NCBI GenBank assembly: GCA_028826165.1
Contig: JAPDFW010000061.1
Location: 62,001 to 126,000 of the forward strand
Direction of reading: 5' to 3'
Length of the DNA stretch: 64,000 bases
Source: Anaeramoeba ignava BMAN
Taxonomy: Eukaryota; Protista; Anaeramoebae
The notes under the pieces were generated by a model. It did no database searches. It was given only the letters and a program-made list of their open reading frames with translations, and was not told the DNA's origin. Position numbers and translations under genes: made by a program. Numbering within the stretch: the first letter of the stretch is position 1; each line of letters begins with the position of its first letter. This document shows, piece after piece, positions 51,031 to 64,000 of the stretch.

Positions 51031-51206
51031 TTTTTAATTAAAAAGGAAAAAAAAATGAAAAACAAAAAAAAAAATTTTTCTTTTTTTAATTTTTTTTTAA
51101 TTTTAATTTTTTCATTTTTTTCCTTTTTAATTTTTTCCAATTTAAAAAACAAACAAAACAAAAACAAAAACAAAAAAGAAAAAGAAAAAAAAAGCAAAAA
51201 AAAAAA
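51031..51206. promoter_or_regulatory. 176-bp head-to-head (bidirectional) promoter region between Nup133 and the Rh gene
   Basis: Divergent ATGs at 51030 and 51207. TCATTTTT occurs on the - strand near 51055 and on the + strand at 51112. Confidence 0.6.
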
Positions 51207-54200
51207 ATGGAGAAAGAAAAACAACAACAAAAACAAAAACATTATGGATTTTTATTATTAACGATAATATTTGAAGTAGCAATGCTTGTAATATATGGAT
51301 TATGGATGGATTACGACACATCATATAATCAAGACAGCGGAGAAACAGATGAAAGAGTAGATCTGTTTTATTATTTCTTTATTGACGTTGCAATTATGAT
51401 TTTTGTCGGTTTTGGTTTTTTGATGGTTTTTTTGAAACGTTATGGTTATTCTTCTGCTGGTTATACTTACTTCATTTCTGCTGTTGCTTTCCAATGGGCT
51501 ATTGTTACAAATTCTTTCTTTGCTCAAGCTAATGATTCTTCTTGGGGTAAAGTCGCTTTAAATTTGGAAGTTATGATAGAAGGTCTTTATGCTGCGGCTG
51601 CTGTTCTCATTTCTTTCGGGTATTTTTTTCTTTTTTCTTTTTTCTTTTTTCTTTCTTTTTTATTTTTTTTTCTTAATTAATTTGGAAAAAAAAATTTTTT
51701 TATAATAACTAATTTAAATATATATTTAAATATAAATTTATTTACAAATTTATTTATATGTTTAATTATATATTTATTTATATATTTATTTATAAATTTA
51801 TTTATAAATTTAATTATTAATTTAATTATTAATTTATTTATAAATTTAATTATATATTTATTTATTAATTTATTTACAAATTTAATTATTAATTTATTTA
51901 CAAATTTAATTACAAATTTAATTATTAATTTATTTATAAATTTATTTATTAATTTATTTATTAATTTATTTATAAATTTATTTATAAATTTATTTATAAA
52001 TTTATTTATTAATTTATTTATATATTTATTTATTAATTTATTTATAAATTTAATTATAAATTTAATTACAAATTTAATTACAAATTTAATTACAAATTTA
52101 TTCATTAATTTATTTACAATTTTATTCATTAATTTATTTATTAATTTATTTATTAATTTATAAATAAATTTTAATTATTAATTTAATTATTAATTTATTT
52201 AAATTTAATTATATATTTATTTATTAATTTATTTATTAATTTATTTATTAATTTATTTATAAATTTATTTATTAAATTTATTTATTAATTATAAATTTAT
52301 TTATTAATTTATTTATTAATTTATTTATTAATTTATTTAATTTATTTATAAATTTATTTATTAATTTATTTATAAATTTAATTATATATTTATTTATTAA
52401 ATTTATAAATTTATTTTATAATTTATTTTAATTTAATTAAATTTATTTATAAATTTATTTTAATTTATTAATTTATTTACAAATTTATTTATTAATTTAT
52501 TTATTAATTTATTTATTAATTTATTTATTAATTTATTTATAAATTTAATTATTAATTTATTTAATTATATATTTATTTATTTATTTACTAATTTATTTAT
52601 AAATTTAATTATTTATTTAATTATTTATTTAATTATCAATTTATTTACTAATTTATTTATAAATTTATTTATATTTAATTTAAATTTATTTATATATTTA
52701 ATTATAAATTTATTTACAATTTTATTTACAATTTTTATTTACAATTTTTATTTATAAATTTATTTATTAAATTTATTTATAAATTTATTTATAAAATTAT
52801 TTATAAATTTATTTATTAAATTATTTATAAATTTATTTATAAATTTATTTATTAATTTATTTATTAAATTTATTTATTAATTTATTTACAAATTTATTTA
52901 TTAATTTATTTATTAATTTATTTATAAATTTAATTATAAATTTATTTATAAATTTATTTATTAATTTATTTATTAATTTAATTATAAATTTATTTATTAA
53001 TTTATTTATAAATTTAATTATTAATTTATTTATTAATTTATTTATAAATTTATTTATTAATTTATTTATAAAAAAAGAGCTGTTCTGGGAAAAACAACAC
53101 CAACACAACTTCTCATAATGACATTTTTCGAGTTAATATTTTACAGCTTAAATTATTATATCGGATTCCTTAAAGTACAAGCAGTTGACATTGGAGGATC
53201 AATGATTATTCATGCATTTGGAGCATTTTTCGGAGTTTCAGTTACAACAGTACTTACTTCTCGAAAAGAAACAAAGGATCACAAATTAAATGGATCTTCT
53301 TATACTTCAGATTTGTTCTCTCTTCTTGGAAGCATTTTCTTGTGGATTTTCTGGCCTAGTTTTAATGCTGCTCTTGCTGAACCTGGTGCTCAATATCGTG
53401 CTGTTATTAATACAACTCTTTCTTTAACAGCTTCTTGTTTAATGGCTTTTGTTGTTTCTTCGATTTTCCATCACGGTAAATTTGATATGGTTGATATCCA
53501 AAATGCTACTTTAGCTGGTGGTGTTGCTGTTGGTTCAAGGTTTGTTATATTCATAAATTTTTATATATTTATTTTTTTGAACTTTTCAAATTATTGGAAA
53601 TTTTTCGATTAAAAATTTTTCCTTTCACATTTTTTTGGAAAATTTTTCTGATTTTTTTTATTTTTAATTAAAAATTTTTTAGTGCTGATTTAGTTATTAA
53701 TCCTGTTGGTGCTTTTTCTTGTGGTTTAGCTGGTGGTTTTGTTTCAACTCTTGGATTCTCTTATTTCGCTTCAAAAATTACTAAAATTTTTGGAATTCAA
53801 GATACTTGTGGTGTTCAATTGTAAATCAAACAATTTAATTTTAAATCAAACAATTTATTTCAAATTAAACAATTTAAATAATTTAATTTAATTTAATTTA
53901 ATTTAATTTAAATCAAATAATTTAATTTAATTTAATTTAATTTAATTTAAATCAAATAATTTAATTTAATTTAATTTAATTTAATTTAATTTAATTTAAT
54001 TTAATTTAATTCAATTTATTTTAAATCAAACAATTTATTTTAAATCAAATAATTTAATTCAAATAATTTAATTCAAAAAATTTAATTTAATTTAAATTCA
54101 ATTCAATTTAATTAGTTTACATGGATGGCCTGGAATTATTGGAGGAATTGCTTCATCAATTGCAATCGCAAGAGCAAAAAATCACAGAGATCCTTATTTA

Positions 54201-54476
54201 GATGAAAAAGCATTCCATGATTTCTTTCCAAGAGGAGATGATCAACCCCAAATTCAATTTGCAGCATTAGTAATTACTTTAGGAATAGCTATTGGTGGTG
54301 GAATTATAACTGGAGCCATTTTGAGATTAACTACTAAAAATGCAAAAAAACCTTTTGATGATTCTGAATATTGGATTCTTCCTACTGGAGAAAACGAAAT
54401 TGGAAAAAAAGAAATGGAAATGAAAAAAATTGAAAGTGAAAAATTTGAAAAAGATGGTGAAAAGGATTTGGATTAA
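51207..54476 (+). CDS. Rh-family ammonium/gas channel (Amt/Mep/Rh). Exons 51207-51619, 53078-53539, 53683-53820, 54116-54476
   Basis: DVAIMIFVGFGFLMVFLKRYGYS, AVLISFGAVLGK, DIGGSMIIHAFGAFFG, FLWIFWPSFNAA, DIQNATLAGGVAVG, DTCGVQFLHGWPG (twin His retained). Introns are in phase. Confidence 0.96.
51700..53070. repeat. ~12-bp repeat (ATTTATTTATAA / ATTTATTTATTA)n filling Rh intron 1
   Basis: Directly visible. It gives the KFIN/KLIN pseudo-ORFs. Confidence 0.9.
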
Positions 54477-54762
54477 TTAAAAATTAAAATTCAAATTAAA
54501 ATTCAAATCAAAATTCAAATCAAATTCAAAATTAAAATTATCTTCTTTTTTTTTTCTTTTTACTTGAAATTTTTTTACTTTTTTTTTTTTTGCTCAATTA
54601 ATCAATCAATTCAAACTTTTTCAACTATTTTTAGGTTATAAAAACCAAATCAAAAAAAACAAATTTTTTCTTTTTTAAACTTTAAACTTTTATTTTAAAA
54701 AAAAGTGGAACAAAAAAAAATTTTTTCTTTTTCTTTTTCTTTTTCTTTTTAAATTTGAAATT

Positions 54763-55361
54763 TTATTTTAGAGTTAATTGAACACATTCTCGAACTTTTC
54801 TATCATATTCAATTTTATTATCTTTAAAAAGTTTTCCAGCAGTTCCATTTAAAGTTGAATCAGGATTTGGATTTGTCAATAAAGACTAAAAAATAAAAAT
54901 AAAAATAAAAAAAAATATAAAATTAAAAATTAAAATTAAAAATTAAAAATTACTTGAAGACAAGTTAAAACAGAAGTAACATTAAAATCAGAAGACCAAG
55001 AACCAAAAATTGAACTACAAATACTTCCACTTGATTCATTAACTAAAAAAATTTAAAAAAATAATAAATTAAATTTTTTAATTTATTTTTTAATTTATTT
55101 TTAATTACCATTTGGATGAAAAACTTTTGATTGAAATTGTGCTGTTGGATGTTGACTTGGATATTGATCAGAAAATGTTAAATTTAATTGAAATTTTCCT
55201 CCTTCCCATTCAGAATCTGGAGGTCCATCAATAATTACTTTCCATTTATGCATATCTACAGGTTCTTCAATATGAATTCCAACTAATTCTCCAGATTCAA
55301 TTTCTCCTATTATTTTTTTATAATCTGCAATGAGTGTTCTTGATGCTTTATTAACTGACAT
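54763..55361 (-). CDS. Ubiquitin-conjugating enzyme E2, divergent Rad6/UBC2-like. Exons 55361-55109, 55042-54954, 54885-54763
   Basis: IIDGPPDSEWEGGKFQL, FHPNVNESSGSICSSIFGSW (HPN motif and catalytic Cys), SLLTNPNPDS, EYDRKVRECV. Confidence 0.93.
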
Positions 55362-55868
55362 TTTTTTTAATTTTAAAAAATTAAATTAAATTAAATTGAA
55401 GAATAAAAATGAAATTTAATTTTTTAATTTATTTTTCTTTTAAATCTAAAAAAGTCCACTTTTTCTTTTTTAAAACTAAAAATTATTTTTTAAAAAAGGT
55501 TTCACTTTAAAATCATTTTATTCTTTTAAAGTTTTGGATTTTTTAAAAAAAAAGTTGTCGATTTTTATTGATCATTTTAATTAAAAATTTAAATCAAGGA
55601 AAAAGAAAAAAAAAAGAAAAAGAAAAAGAAAAATTTTTAATCAAAAATAAATCTTTTCTTTTTTTTTCAATTAAATTTGTTTTTGTTTATTGAAAAATTT
55701 TGAATCAAAAAAGCAAAAAAAGCAAAAAAACAAAAGCAAAAAAAACAAAAAAAAACAAAATCAAATTAAAAAAAAAAAAAAGAAAAAAGATTTTTCAAAA
55801 AGAAAAAAGTAAAAAAAAATTTCGAAAAAAAAATCCGCATTAACAATTATTAAGAAGGATCTGCGCAA

Positions 55869-56123
55869 TTAAATCTCATCAATTCTTTGGTCTTGAACAT
55901 TTGCTTCAGTTACTTCTACCTTTTCCCATCCTGGGTCATCAGGTTCAGGAACAATAAATCTTTTTTTCTTTTTGCAAATTGAAAGAATAAAAACAAAAAT
56001 TAAAATTGATATAAAAATAACTCCTAAATAAATTGGAGTTGTTTTTGTTTCTTGTTCTTTGTTAGTTTTTGTCATAATTATTGAAAAAAGTATTTGAATT
56101 AATAAGAGTTTAATTATCAACAT
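55869..56123 (-). CDS. 84-aa small membrane protein (signal peptide + one TM + basic stop-transfer + acidic tail)
   Basis: Two hydrophobic segments, KKKKR after the TM, and a non-repetitive tail PEPDDPGWEKVEV. Upstream TCATTTT motifs. Confidence 0.7.
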   Translation of the reverse strand: MLIIKLLLIQILFSIIMTKTNKEQETKTTPIYLGVIFISILIFVFILSICKKKKRFIVPEPDDPGWEKVEVTEANVQDQRIDEI

Positions 56124-56280
56124 AAAACTTAAAATTTAAAACTTAAAACAATATAAAAAGAAAAATGAAAAAAATGAAAAAAAAAAATTAAAAAAAATTT
56201 TTTTTCTTTTTGTTTTTCTTTTTAATTTTTTCATTTTTTTCTTTTTATTCTTTTTTTTTTTTTTTTTTTTTTATTTTATT
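56124..56280. promoter_or_regulatory. 157-bp bidirectional promoter region
   Basis: Divergent ATGs at 56123 and 56281. TCATTTTT occurs twice on the - strand (56161-56178) and once on the + strand (56232). Confidence 0.55.
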
Positions 56281-59200
56281 ATGTCTAAACAAACTGAAAA
56301 TCAAAATAAACAAAATCAACAACAACAACAAAGAGTTAAAACAAGAAGAAAAGCAAAACAAGTTGTTGTTGAAACTCTTGATGGAGAATTTGTAAATTAT
56401 AATTTAAAATCCAAAAATTTTCATATAATTTAAACTTCAAATCCGAATCCCAATTTAAACTCAAATATTAATTTTAATATTAATTTTAATATTAATATTA
56501 ATTTTAATTTTATAAATGAATTTTAATTTTAATATTAATATTAATATTAATTTTATAAATGAATTTTAATTTTAATATTAATTTTAATATTAATTTTATG
56601 TCTTAATATTAATTTTATAAATGAATTTTAATATTAATATTAATTCAAATTTTAATTTTAATTTAAATTTTAATATTAATATTAATTCAAATTTTAATTT
56701 TAATTTTAATTTAAATTTTAATATTAATATTAATTTTAATTTTAATTTTAATTTTAATTTTTAATTTTAATATTAATTTTAATTTCAATTTTAATTTAAA
56801 TTTTAATTATAATTTTAATTTTAATTATAATTTTAATTTTTAATATTAATATTAATTTTAATTTTTAATTTTAATTTTAAATTTTTAATTTTAATTTTAA
56901 ATTAAAGTTTATTGTTTCTTCACTTTCAACAAGAAAAGATACACAAATTTTTTCTATAGATCCAGTTACAGGAATAATTCATTATTCAGGAATTCAAGGA
57001 ATAGATTTATTTGGTACATATACACAAGCAGTAAAAACATTTTTTGCAAATAAAAAGATCAAGAAATTTACAACAGCTTGTGGAATAATTGGACAAGCTA
57101 CATTTGGTTCAAATTCATATCTTTTAATTGTGACAAAAGTAAATTTATAATTAAAATTTCAAAAGAAAAAAAAAAGTTCCGAAATTTTTGTTCCATTTTT
57201 TAATTAATTTTCTTTTAAGGCTGATCCAACAATTGAATTATTTTGTGGACATGTTATTTATACAATAAATTCAACAACATGGATTAAAATTCCTTTACAA
57301 TATGAAAGACCAATGACAAAGTGAATAAAGAAATAAAACATTTTGCTTTTATTTAATATTTAATATTTTGAAAACAAAATTTATTTAAATTTATTTAAAT
57401 TTATTTAAATTTATTAGTAAGGAAATAAAAAATGTTGAATTAATGCAAAATTATATGGTTGATTCACTTCATTTTTATTCAGAAACACTTGATGTAACTC
57501 GTCCATTTCCATCAAGATATTCAGTTGATAAGTAAATTAAAAATTAAAATTAAAAATTAAAATTTAAATTAAAATTAAAATTAAAATTAAAATTTAAATT
57601 AAAATTAAAATTAAAATTAAAATTAAAATTAAAATTAAAATTAAAATTAAAATTAAAATTAAAATTAATATTAAAATTATAATTAAAATAAATATTAAAA
57701 TTAAAATTAATATTAAAATTAAAAATTAAAATTAAAAATTAAAATTTAAATTAAAATTAAAATTAAAATTAGAATTAAAATTAAAATTAAAATTAAAATT
57801 AAAATTATAATTAAAATTAAAATTATAATTCATTTTGAAATGATAATTAAAATTAAAATTAAAATTAATATTAAAATTAAAATTAAAATTATAATTAAAA
57901 TTATAATTAAAATTAAAATTAAAATTAAAATTAATATTAAAATTAAAATTAAAATTAAAATTAATATTTTAAAATTAAAATTAAAATTTTAGTTATCATC
58001 CTGATTTTTGTTGGAATAAATTCTTAAGAAAACCATTTGAAGATGCTGGATTATCTTCATGGTGTATTGTTATGATTCAAGGATTAGCGATAGGAAGATT
58101 ATTACAAAAAGAAGGATTATTTAATTTATATTTAATAACAAGAAAAAGTGTTCTTAATCCAGGAACAAGATATTATTCAAGAGGATTAAATGAATTAGGA
58201 GGTTTTATTTTTATAATTAATTTCCATTTCCAATTTTTCAAATATTTTTATTTTTGATTATAAATTATTGTAAAAATTAATAGAAGCTGGAAATGAAATG
58301 GAATGTGAACTTCTGGCTTGGACTTATGATAATGAAAATTTAGTAGAATTTTATTCACATATTTTTAGAAGAGGTAAAATTAAAATTAAAATTTAAATTA
58401 ATATTAAAATTAAAATTAAAATTAAAATTATAATTAAAATTATAATTATAATTAAAATCAAAATTAAAATTAAAATTATAATTAAAATTATAATTAAAAT
58501 CAAGATTAAAATTATATTTGAAATTAAAATTAAAATTAAAATTAATATTTGAAATCAAAATTATAATTGAAATTAAAATTAAAATTATAATTAAAATTGA
58601 AATTAAAATTAAAATTATAATTGAAATTAAAATTAAAATTAAAATTAAAATTAAAATTAAAATTAAAATTAATATTAAAATTAAAATTAAAATTATTAAA
58701 ATTAAAATTTAAATCAAAATTAAATTAAAATCAAAATCAAAATTAAAATTATAATTAAAATTAAAATTAAAATTAAAATTATATTTGAAATTAAAATTAT
58801 ATTTGATATTAAAATTAAAATTGGAAAATAAGGAACTGTTCCTGTTTGGTGGGGAACATCATTAAACTCGAAAGTTTCTCATCCAGAAATAGTAGTAAGT
58901 CCAGAACCTCTAAGAGGATCAGAAAAATATTATCAAAGATTAACAAATCGATTTGGAAATCACAACATAACGTGTTTCAACATGTTAAAATGTGTGCCAA
59001 ACAATAAAGAAACAGAATTAACAGAATGTTATCAACATTCACATAGATATGTTAAAACAAAAATGGATATTGATTTAAAAATTATCAATTTTGATTGGCA
59101 TTCTAATATAAAATCTCTTGGAAAAGAAGCAGCTATTGCTGGTCTTTGGGTTTCTGCTCAAGCTCCTGTTTCTGCTCATAATTTAACTAGTGGTCATATT

Positions 59201-62200
59201 AATCTTATTAATGATAAAACTAATAAGAAATTTTTAAAAGAAAATATTCAGGATATTTTATCTTGTCCAAATGGTTTTATTGGTAAAGTTTCTTTTATTT
59301 CTAAACAAGAAGGTGTTATGAGATATAATTGCGCAGATTCTTTAGATAGAACAAATGTTGCAACATTTTGTAAACAAAATTAAAATTAAAATTAAAATTA
59401 AAATTAAAATTAAAATTAAAATTCATTTTGAAAATTATAATTATAATTAAAATTCATTTTGAAAATTATAATTATAATTAAAATTCATTTTGAAAATTAT
59501 AATTAAAATTAAAATTAAAATTAAAATTAAAATTAAAATTAAAATTCATTTTGGAAATTAAAATTAAAATTAAAATTCAAATGAAAATGAAAATTAGTTA
59601 TTATGCAACAAATTCTTGCAGAATTCTGTTTAAGATTAAATATTGGATTAACTGAAAAACTTCGGAAAAATGAATATTGGCAATTCTTTTCATATTCACT
59701 TAGCGAACTAAACAAATCAATTAAAGTAAGATTATGGGAAGCATTAGCAGAATTTTTTGTAGCCAATGGAGATGTATGTTCAATAGCATATACAAACTCA
59801 CCAGCAATGCATACTGCATTAATTAGAGAATATTCACCAAACCTTTCAAATGCACCAAATAATACAATGATAGTTCTTAAAAGAAGATATGAAAATGTTC
59901 AGCATGATCATGTTAGACAACTTACTTTCCAATTATTTCTTGGTTTAGATTTTGAAAATTTTTTCCCTTCTTTTCTTAAAAATAATTATGAACATGTTTC
60001 TTCTCTTCCTTCTTGGTGTCCTTCTAAAATGCCTTATTATCTTATTAAATCAAAAGATTATTTTGAAAAATATTCTCCTGAAAAATTACTCAATGATTCT
60101 TCTATTATTTGGTTAAGTCCTAAAACTCAACCTTTTACTGAAGTAGATTTAAAATTCAATTTAAATCAAAATAAATTTAAATCAAAATCAATATTAAATT
60201 TAAATCAAAATTAAATTTAAATCAAAATTAAATTTAAAATTCAATTTAAATCAAAATTCAATTTAAATCAAAATTAAATTTAAATCAAAATTAAATTTAA
60301 ATCAATATTAAATTTAAATCAAAATTAAATTTAAATCAAAATTAAATTTAAATCAAAATTCAATTTAAATCAAAATTAAATTTAAATCAAAATTAATATT
60401 AAATTTAAATCAATATTAAATCTCAAATCAAAATTAAATTTAAATCAATATTAAATTTAAATCAAAATTAATATTAAATTTAAATCAAAATTAAATTTAA
60501 ATCAATATTAAATTTAAATCAATATTAAATTTTAAATCAATATTAAATTTAAATCAAAATTAAAATCAAATTAAATTTAAATCAATATTAAATTTAAATC
60601 AATATTCAATTTAAATCAATATTAAATTTAAATCAATATTAAATTTAAATCAAAATTAAATTTAAATTAAAATTAAATTTAAATCAAAATTAAATTTAAA
60701 TCAAAATTAAATTTAAATCAAAATTAAATTTAAATCAAAAATTAAATTTAAATCAAAATTAAATTTAAATTTAAATCAAAATTAAATTTAAATCAAAATC
60801 AATATTAAATTTAAATCAAAATTAAATTTAAATCAAAATTAAATTTAAATCAAAATTAAATTTAAATCAAAATTAAATTTAAATCAATATTAAATTTAAA
60901 TCAAAATTAAATTTAAATCAAAATTAAATTTAAATCAAAATTAAATTTAAATCAAAATTAAATTTAAATCAAAATTAAATTTAAATCAAATTTAAATCAA
61001 AATTAAATTTAAATCAAAATTAAATTTAAATCAAAAATCAATTTAAATCAAAATTAAATTTAAATCAAAATTAAATTTAAAATCAAATTTAAATTTAAAT
61101 CAAAATTAAATTTAAATTTAAATCAAAATTAAATTTAAATTTAAATCAAAATTAAATTTAAACTAAATTTAAAATTAAATTTAAATCAAAATTAAATTTA
61201 AATCAAAATTAAATTTAAATCAAAATTAAATTTAAATCAAAATTAAATTTAAATCAAAATTAAATTTAAATCAAAATTAAATTTAAATCAAAATTAAATT
61301 TAAATCAAAATTAAATTTAAATCAAAATTAAATTTAAATCAAAATTAAATTTAAATCAAAATTAAATTTAAATCAAAATCAAATTTAAATCAAAATTAAA
61401 TTTAAATCAAAATTAAATTTAAATCAAAATCAAATTTAAATCAAAATTAAATTTAAATCAAAATTAAATTTAAATCAAAATTAAATTTAAATCAAAATTA
61501 AATTTAAATCAATATTAAATTTAAATCAAAATCAAAATTAAATTTAAATCAATATTCAATTTAAATCAATATTAAATTTAAATCAAAATTAAATTTAAAT
61601 CAAATTTAAATCAAAATTAAATTTAAATCAAAATTAAATTTAAATCAAAATTAAATTTAAATCAAAATTAAATTTAAATCAAAATTAAATTTAAATCAAA
61701 ATTAAATTTAAATCAAAATTAAATTTAAATCAAAATTAAATTTAAATCAAATTTAAATCAAAATTAAATCAAAATTAAATTTAAATCAAATTAAAATCAA
61801 AATTAAATTTAAATCAATATTAAATTTAAATCAAAATTAAATTTAAATCAATATTAAATTTAAATCAAAATTAAATTTAAATCAATATTAAATTCAAATC
61901 AAAATTAAATTTAAATCAAAATCAAAATCAAAATCAATATTAAATTTAAATCAATATTAAATTTAAATCAAATTTAAATCAAAATTAAATTTAAATTAAA
62001 ATTTAAAAAAATTAGCTCTTCATCTTCTTGCATAAACCATGCTATTTAACAGAATTATCCCTTACAATTAAAAATTCCATAGAAAATGCATACCCACCAG
62101 CTTTTATTGATGTTTTTATTGGAAATTATATGGATAATGTTAGAATTATCTTCCATCATCTTCCAATCCCAATTTGTTCTGATGGAACAAAATTATTTTT

Positions 62201-64000
62201 TCAACTTTCATCAAGTGAAAACCAAAATTTACTTTATGATTTTGAAGGAACATCTTTTGATTCTGAATTATTATCAAGAGTTATTCTAATTACTTTCCAT
62301 TGTAGCAGCATTAAACAAACTCAAAACCAAATTCAAATCCAAAATACAAATCAAAATGAAAATCAAAATTCAAAATCAAAAAAGGAGCAAAAAAAAATTC
62401 ATCAAATCAAAACAAATTCAGATCCTGATTTTTATACAACAATGTCTTTAGGAAAAATTGATGTTTATGGAGTTGTTCCACGTTCAATTCCAGATTTTTT
62501 TTCTCGAATTAAATATTCAGGAAATATTCCAAATGATGGAAGAAATAATCGTTTAACATTATTTGAAAGTTGCAGTCGTTCTTTATTTGATCAAGGAAAA
62601 AAAGATTCAGGCAAAAATATGCTTGAAGTTCAACGCGGAAAAATTGATTTTGAATTAACAACTGATTCTCCAACTTTTACAATTGTTTCACACAATGATT
62701 TTGGAAATGAATCTGATCAAAATTCTAAAAATTTAAATCAATCCACAAAATTCAATCCAAATCTTGATTTCATGAGATTATCTTATAATGTTCTTACTCA
62801 TTATATTGATGGAGTGAAATTTTTAGATATAAATTCTAATTTGGGATTAAATTTAAAATCAAGTTCAAATTTAACAAAAACAGTTTCAAATTCAACGAAT
62901 TCAAATTTAGATTTAATTGAAAATGTGGATGATAGTTTATATGAAAATAATCAAAATGAAAATAATCAAAATGAAAATAATCAAAATGAAAATCAACATG
63001 AAAATCAAAATGAAAATCAAAATGAAAAAAAAATTAGTGAATCAAAAAAGAAATCAAAAGGAAAATCAAAAATCAAAAATTTTGATAAACAAACACTAAG
63101 ATTAAGTTTATCAAGAAAATCTCTTAATAATATTTCTGATAATTCTATTGAAGGAACATCACCTAATTCAAAAGAATATCAACTTCATGTAAAGCATCTT
63201 CTTAAAGAAGCAAAACAAAAAAATAGAAGTTTTACATTTCTTGATACTTTACAATTAGAATTAACAAGAATACAATTATCAATATCAGCAAGTGATAGAG
63301 ATACAATTTTATTAAATTTTGGATGTAGAATTAATGATTTTAATCCACATAGATTTATTTTTCCAAGAGATGAAAAAATGTTTCAAGGTAGAAAATAATA
63401 TTTAAATTAAATCAATTTTTTTTGAATTTAATTTAATATAAATTTAATTTAATTTAATTTAATAATAAGCTATGATGAAAAGTAAAAAATTGAGAACTAA
63501 TACTTGTTCAAATCCAAATTGCAAATTAAAATTAAAAAACAATAAACATCAGTGTTATTATTGTTTAAAATATTTTTGTTCTAAATGCATGTCATTAACA
63601 AAAATGAGGGTAAAAATTAAAATCAAATTTAAAATTATTTATAAAATTAAAATTAAAATTAAAATTAAAATTATTTATAAAAATTAAAATTTATATTAAT
63701 ATTAAAAGATAACGGAATATATGTGGAATAAACCATTACCAGTTTGTCAAAATTGTTCTGTTTTTCTTACACAACAAGAATTTGCAATCAAAAAAATACA
63801 AGAATTAGAAGATCGAAAAAATTTCCAAGTTTTCAATTCAAATTTCATTCAAACACATGAATTATTATCATTTATGGAAAAAGTAGATTTTCTAAAAAAA
63901 AGAAGATGGAAAAGAAATAATCGACAAGAAAATATAGCAAAATTTCCAGAAGCAGGAATTTTACGATCAGTTTTAACAGATCCTCGTTCATCTTCTATTG
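56281..64000 (+). CDS. SAC9-like phosphoinositide phosphatase with FYVE-like zinc finger, continuing beyond the window. Exons 56281-56391, 56908-57138, 57220-57320, 57418-57531, 57993-58201, 58284-58373, 58833-59369, 59598-60142, 62016-63387, 63470-63609, 63709->64000
   Basis: DTQIFSIDPVTG, DVTRPFPS, FCWN, NPGTRYYSRGLN, GNEMECE, RRGTVPVWWG, NFDWH, catalytic CX5R RYNCADSLDRTN, ELFIFLHKPCYLTELSLTI: all SAC9-type. Ten GT-AG introns are in phase. Confidence 0.92.
60150..62005. repeat. 18-bp minisatellite (AAATTAAATTTAAATCAA)n, ~100 units, filling the 1.87-kb SAC9 intron
   Basis: Directly visible between the donor at 60143 and the acceptor at 62015. No G occurs on the + strand within the array. 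Confidence 0.93.

Noticed and set aside
51677-53108. KFIN/KLIN-repeat ORFs on the minus strand
   Set aside because: Antisense translation of the 12-bp repeat in Rh intron 1.
60150-62005. Telomeric or internal telomere-like repeat
   Set aside because: There are no G-runs, and the array sits within an in-phase intron of the SAC9-like gene.

Overview
Extremely AT-rich eukaryotic (protist) DNA with spliceosomal GT-AG introns and pervasive AATCAA/AATGAA/AAAATT microsatellites. The expanded RCC1-BTB genes, NQ/NE homopeptides and an ML-start organellar presequence resemble an anaerobic metamonad such as Anaeramoeba (inference only). Left to right: 5' part of a glycine C-acetyltransferase gene (-); a short coiled-coil ORF; two ~12.5 kb paralogous copies of a spliced BTB + coiled-coil + helical + PH-BEACH-WD40 giant gene (-), which flank an island holding an LCAT/LPLA2 lipase, a ~144-bp satellite and an intronless beta-propeller-like surface protein; two tandem RCC1-BTB paralogues with hypervariable loops; a ~7 kb gene-free higher-order satellite with two identical tRNA-Asn(GTT) genes; a Nup133-like gene; an Rh-type ammonium transporter; a Rad6-like E2; a small membrane protein; and a SAC9-like phosphoinositide phosphatase with a FYVE-like finger that runs off the right end. 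Most short ORFs in the supplied track are repeat translations. Exon coordinates were read by hand and phase-checked. Frameshifts in the duplicated genes could be real or sequencing errors.
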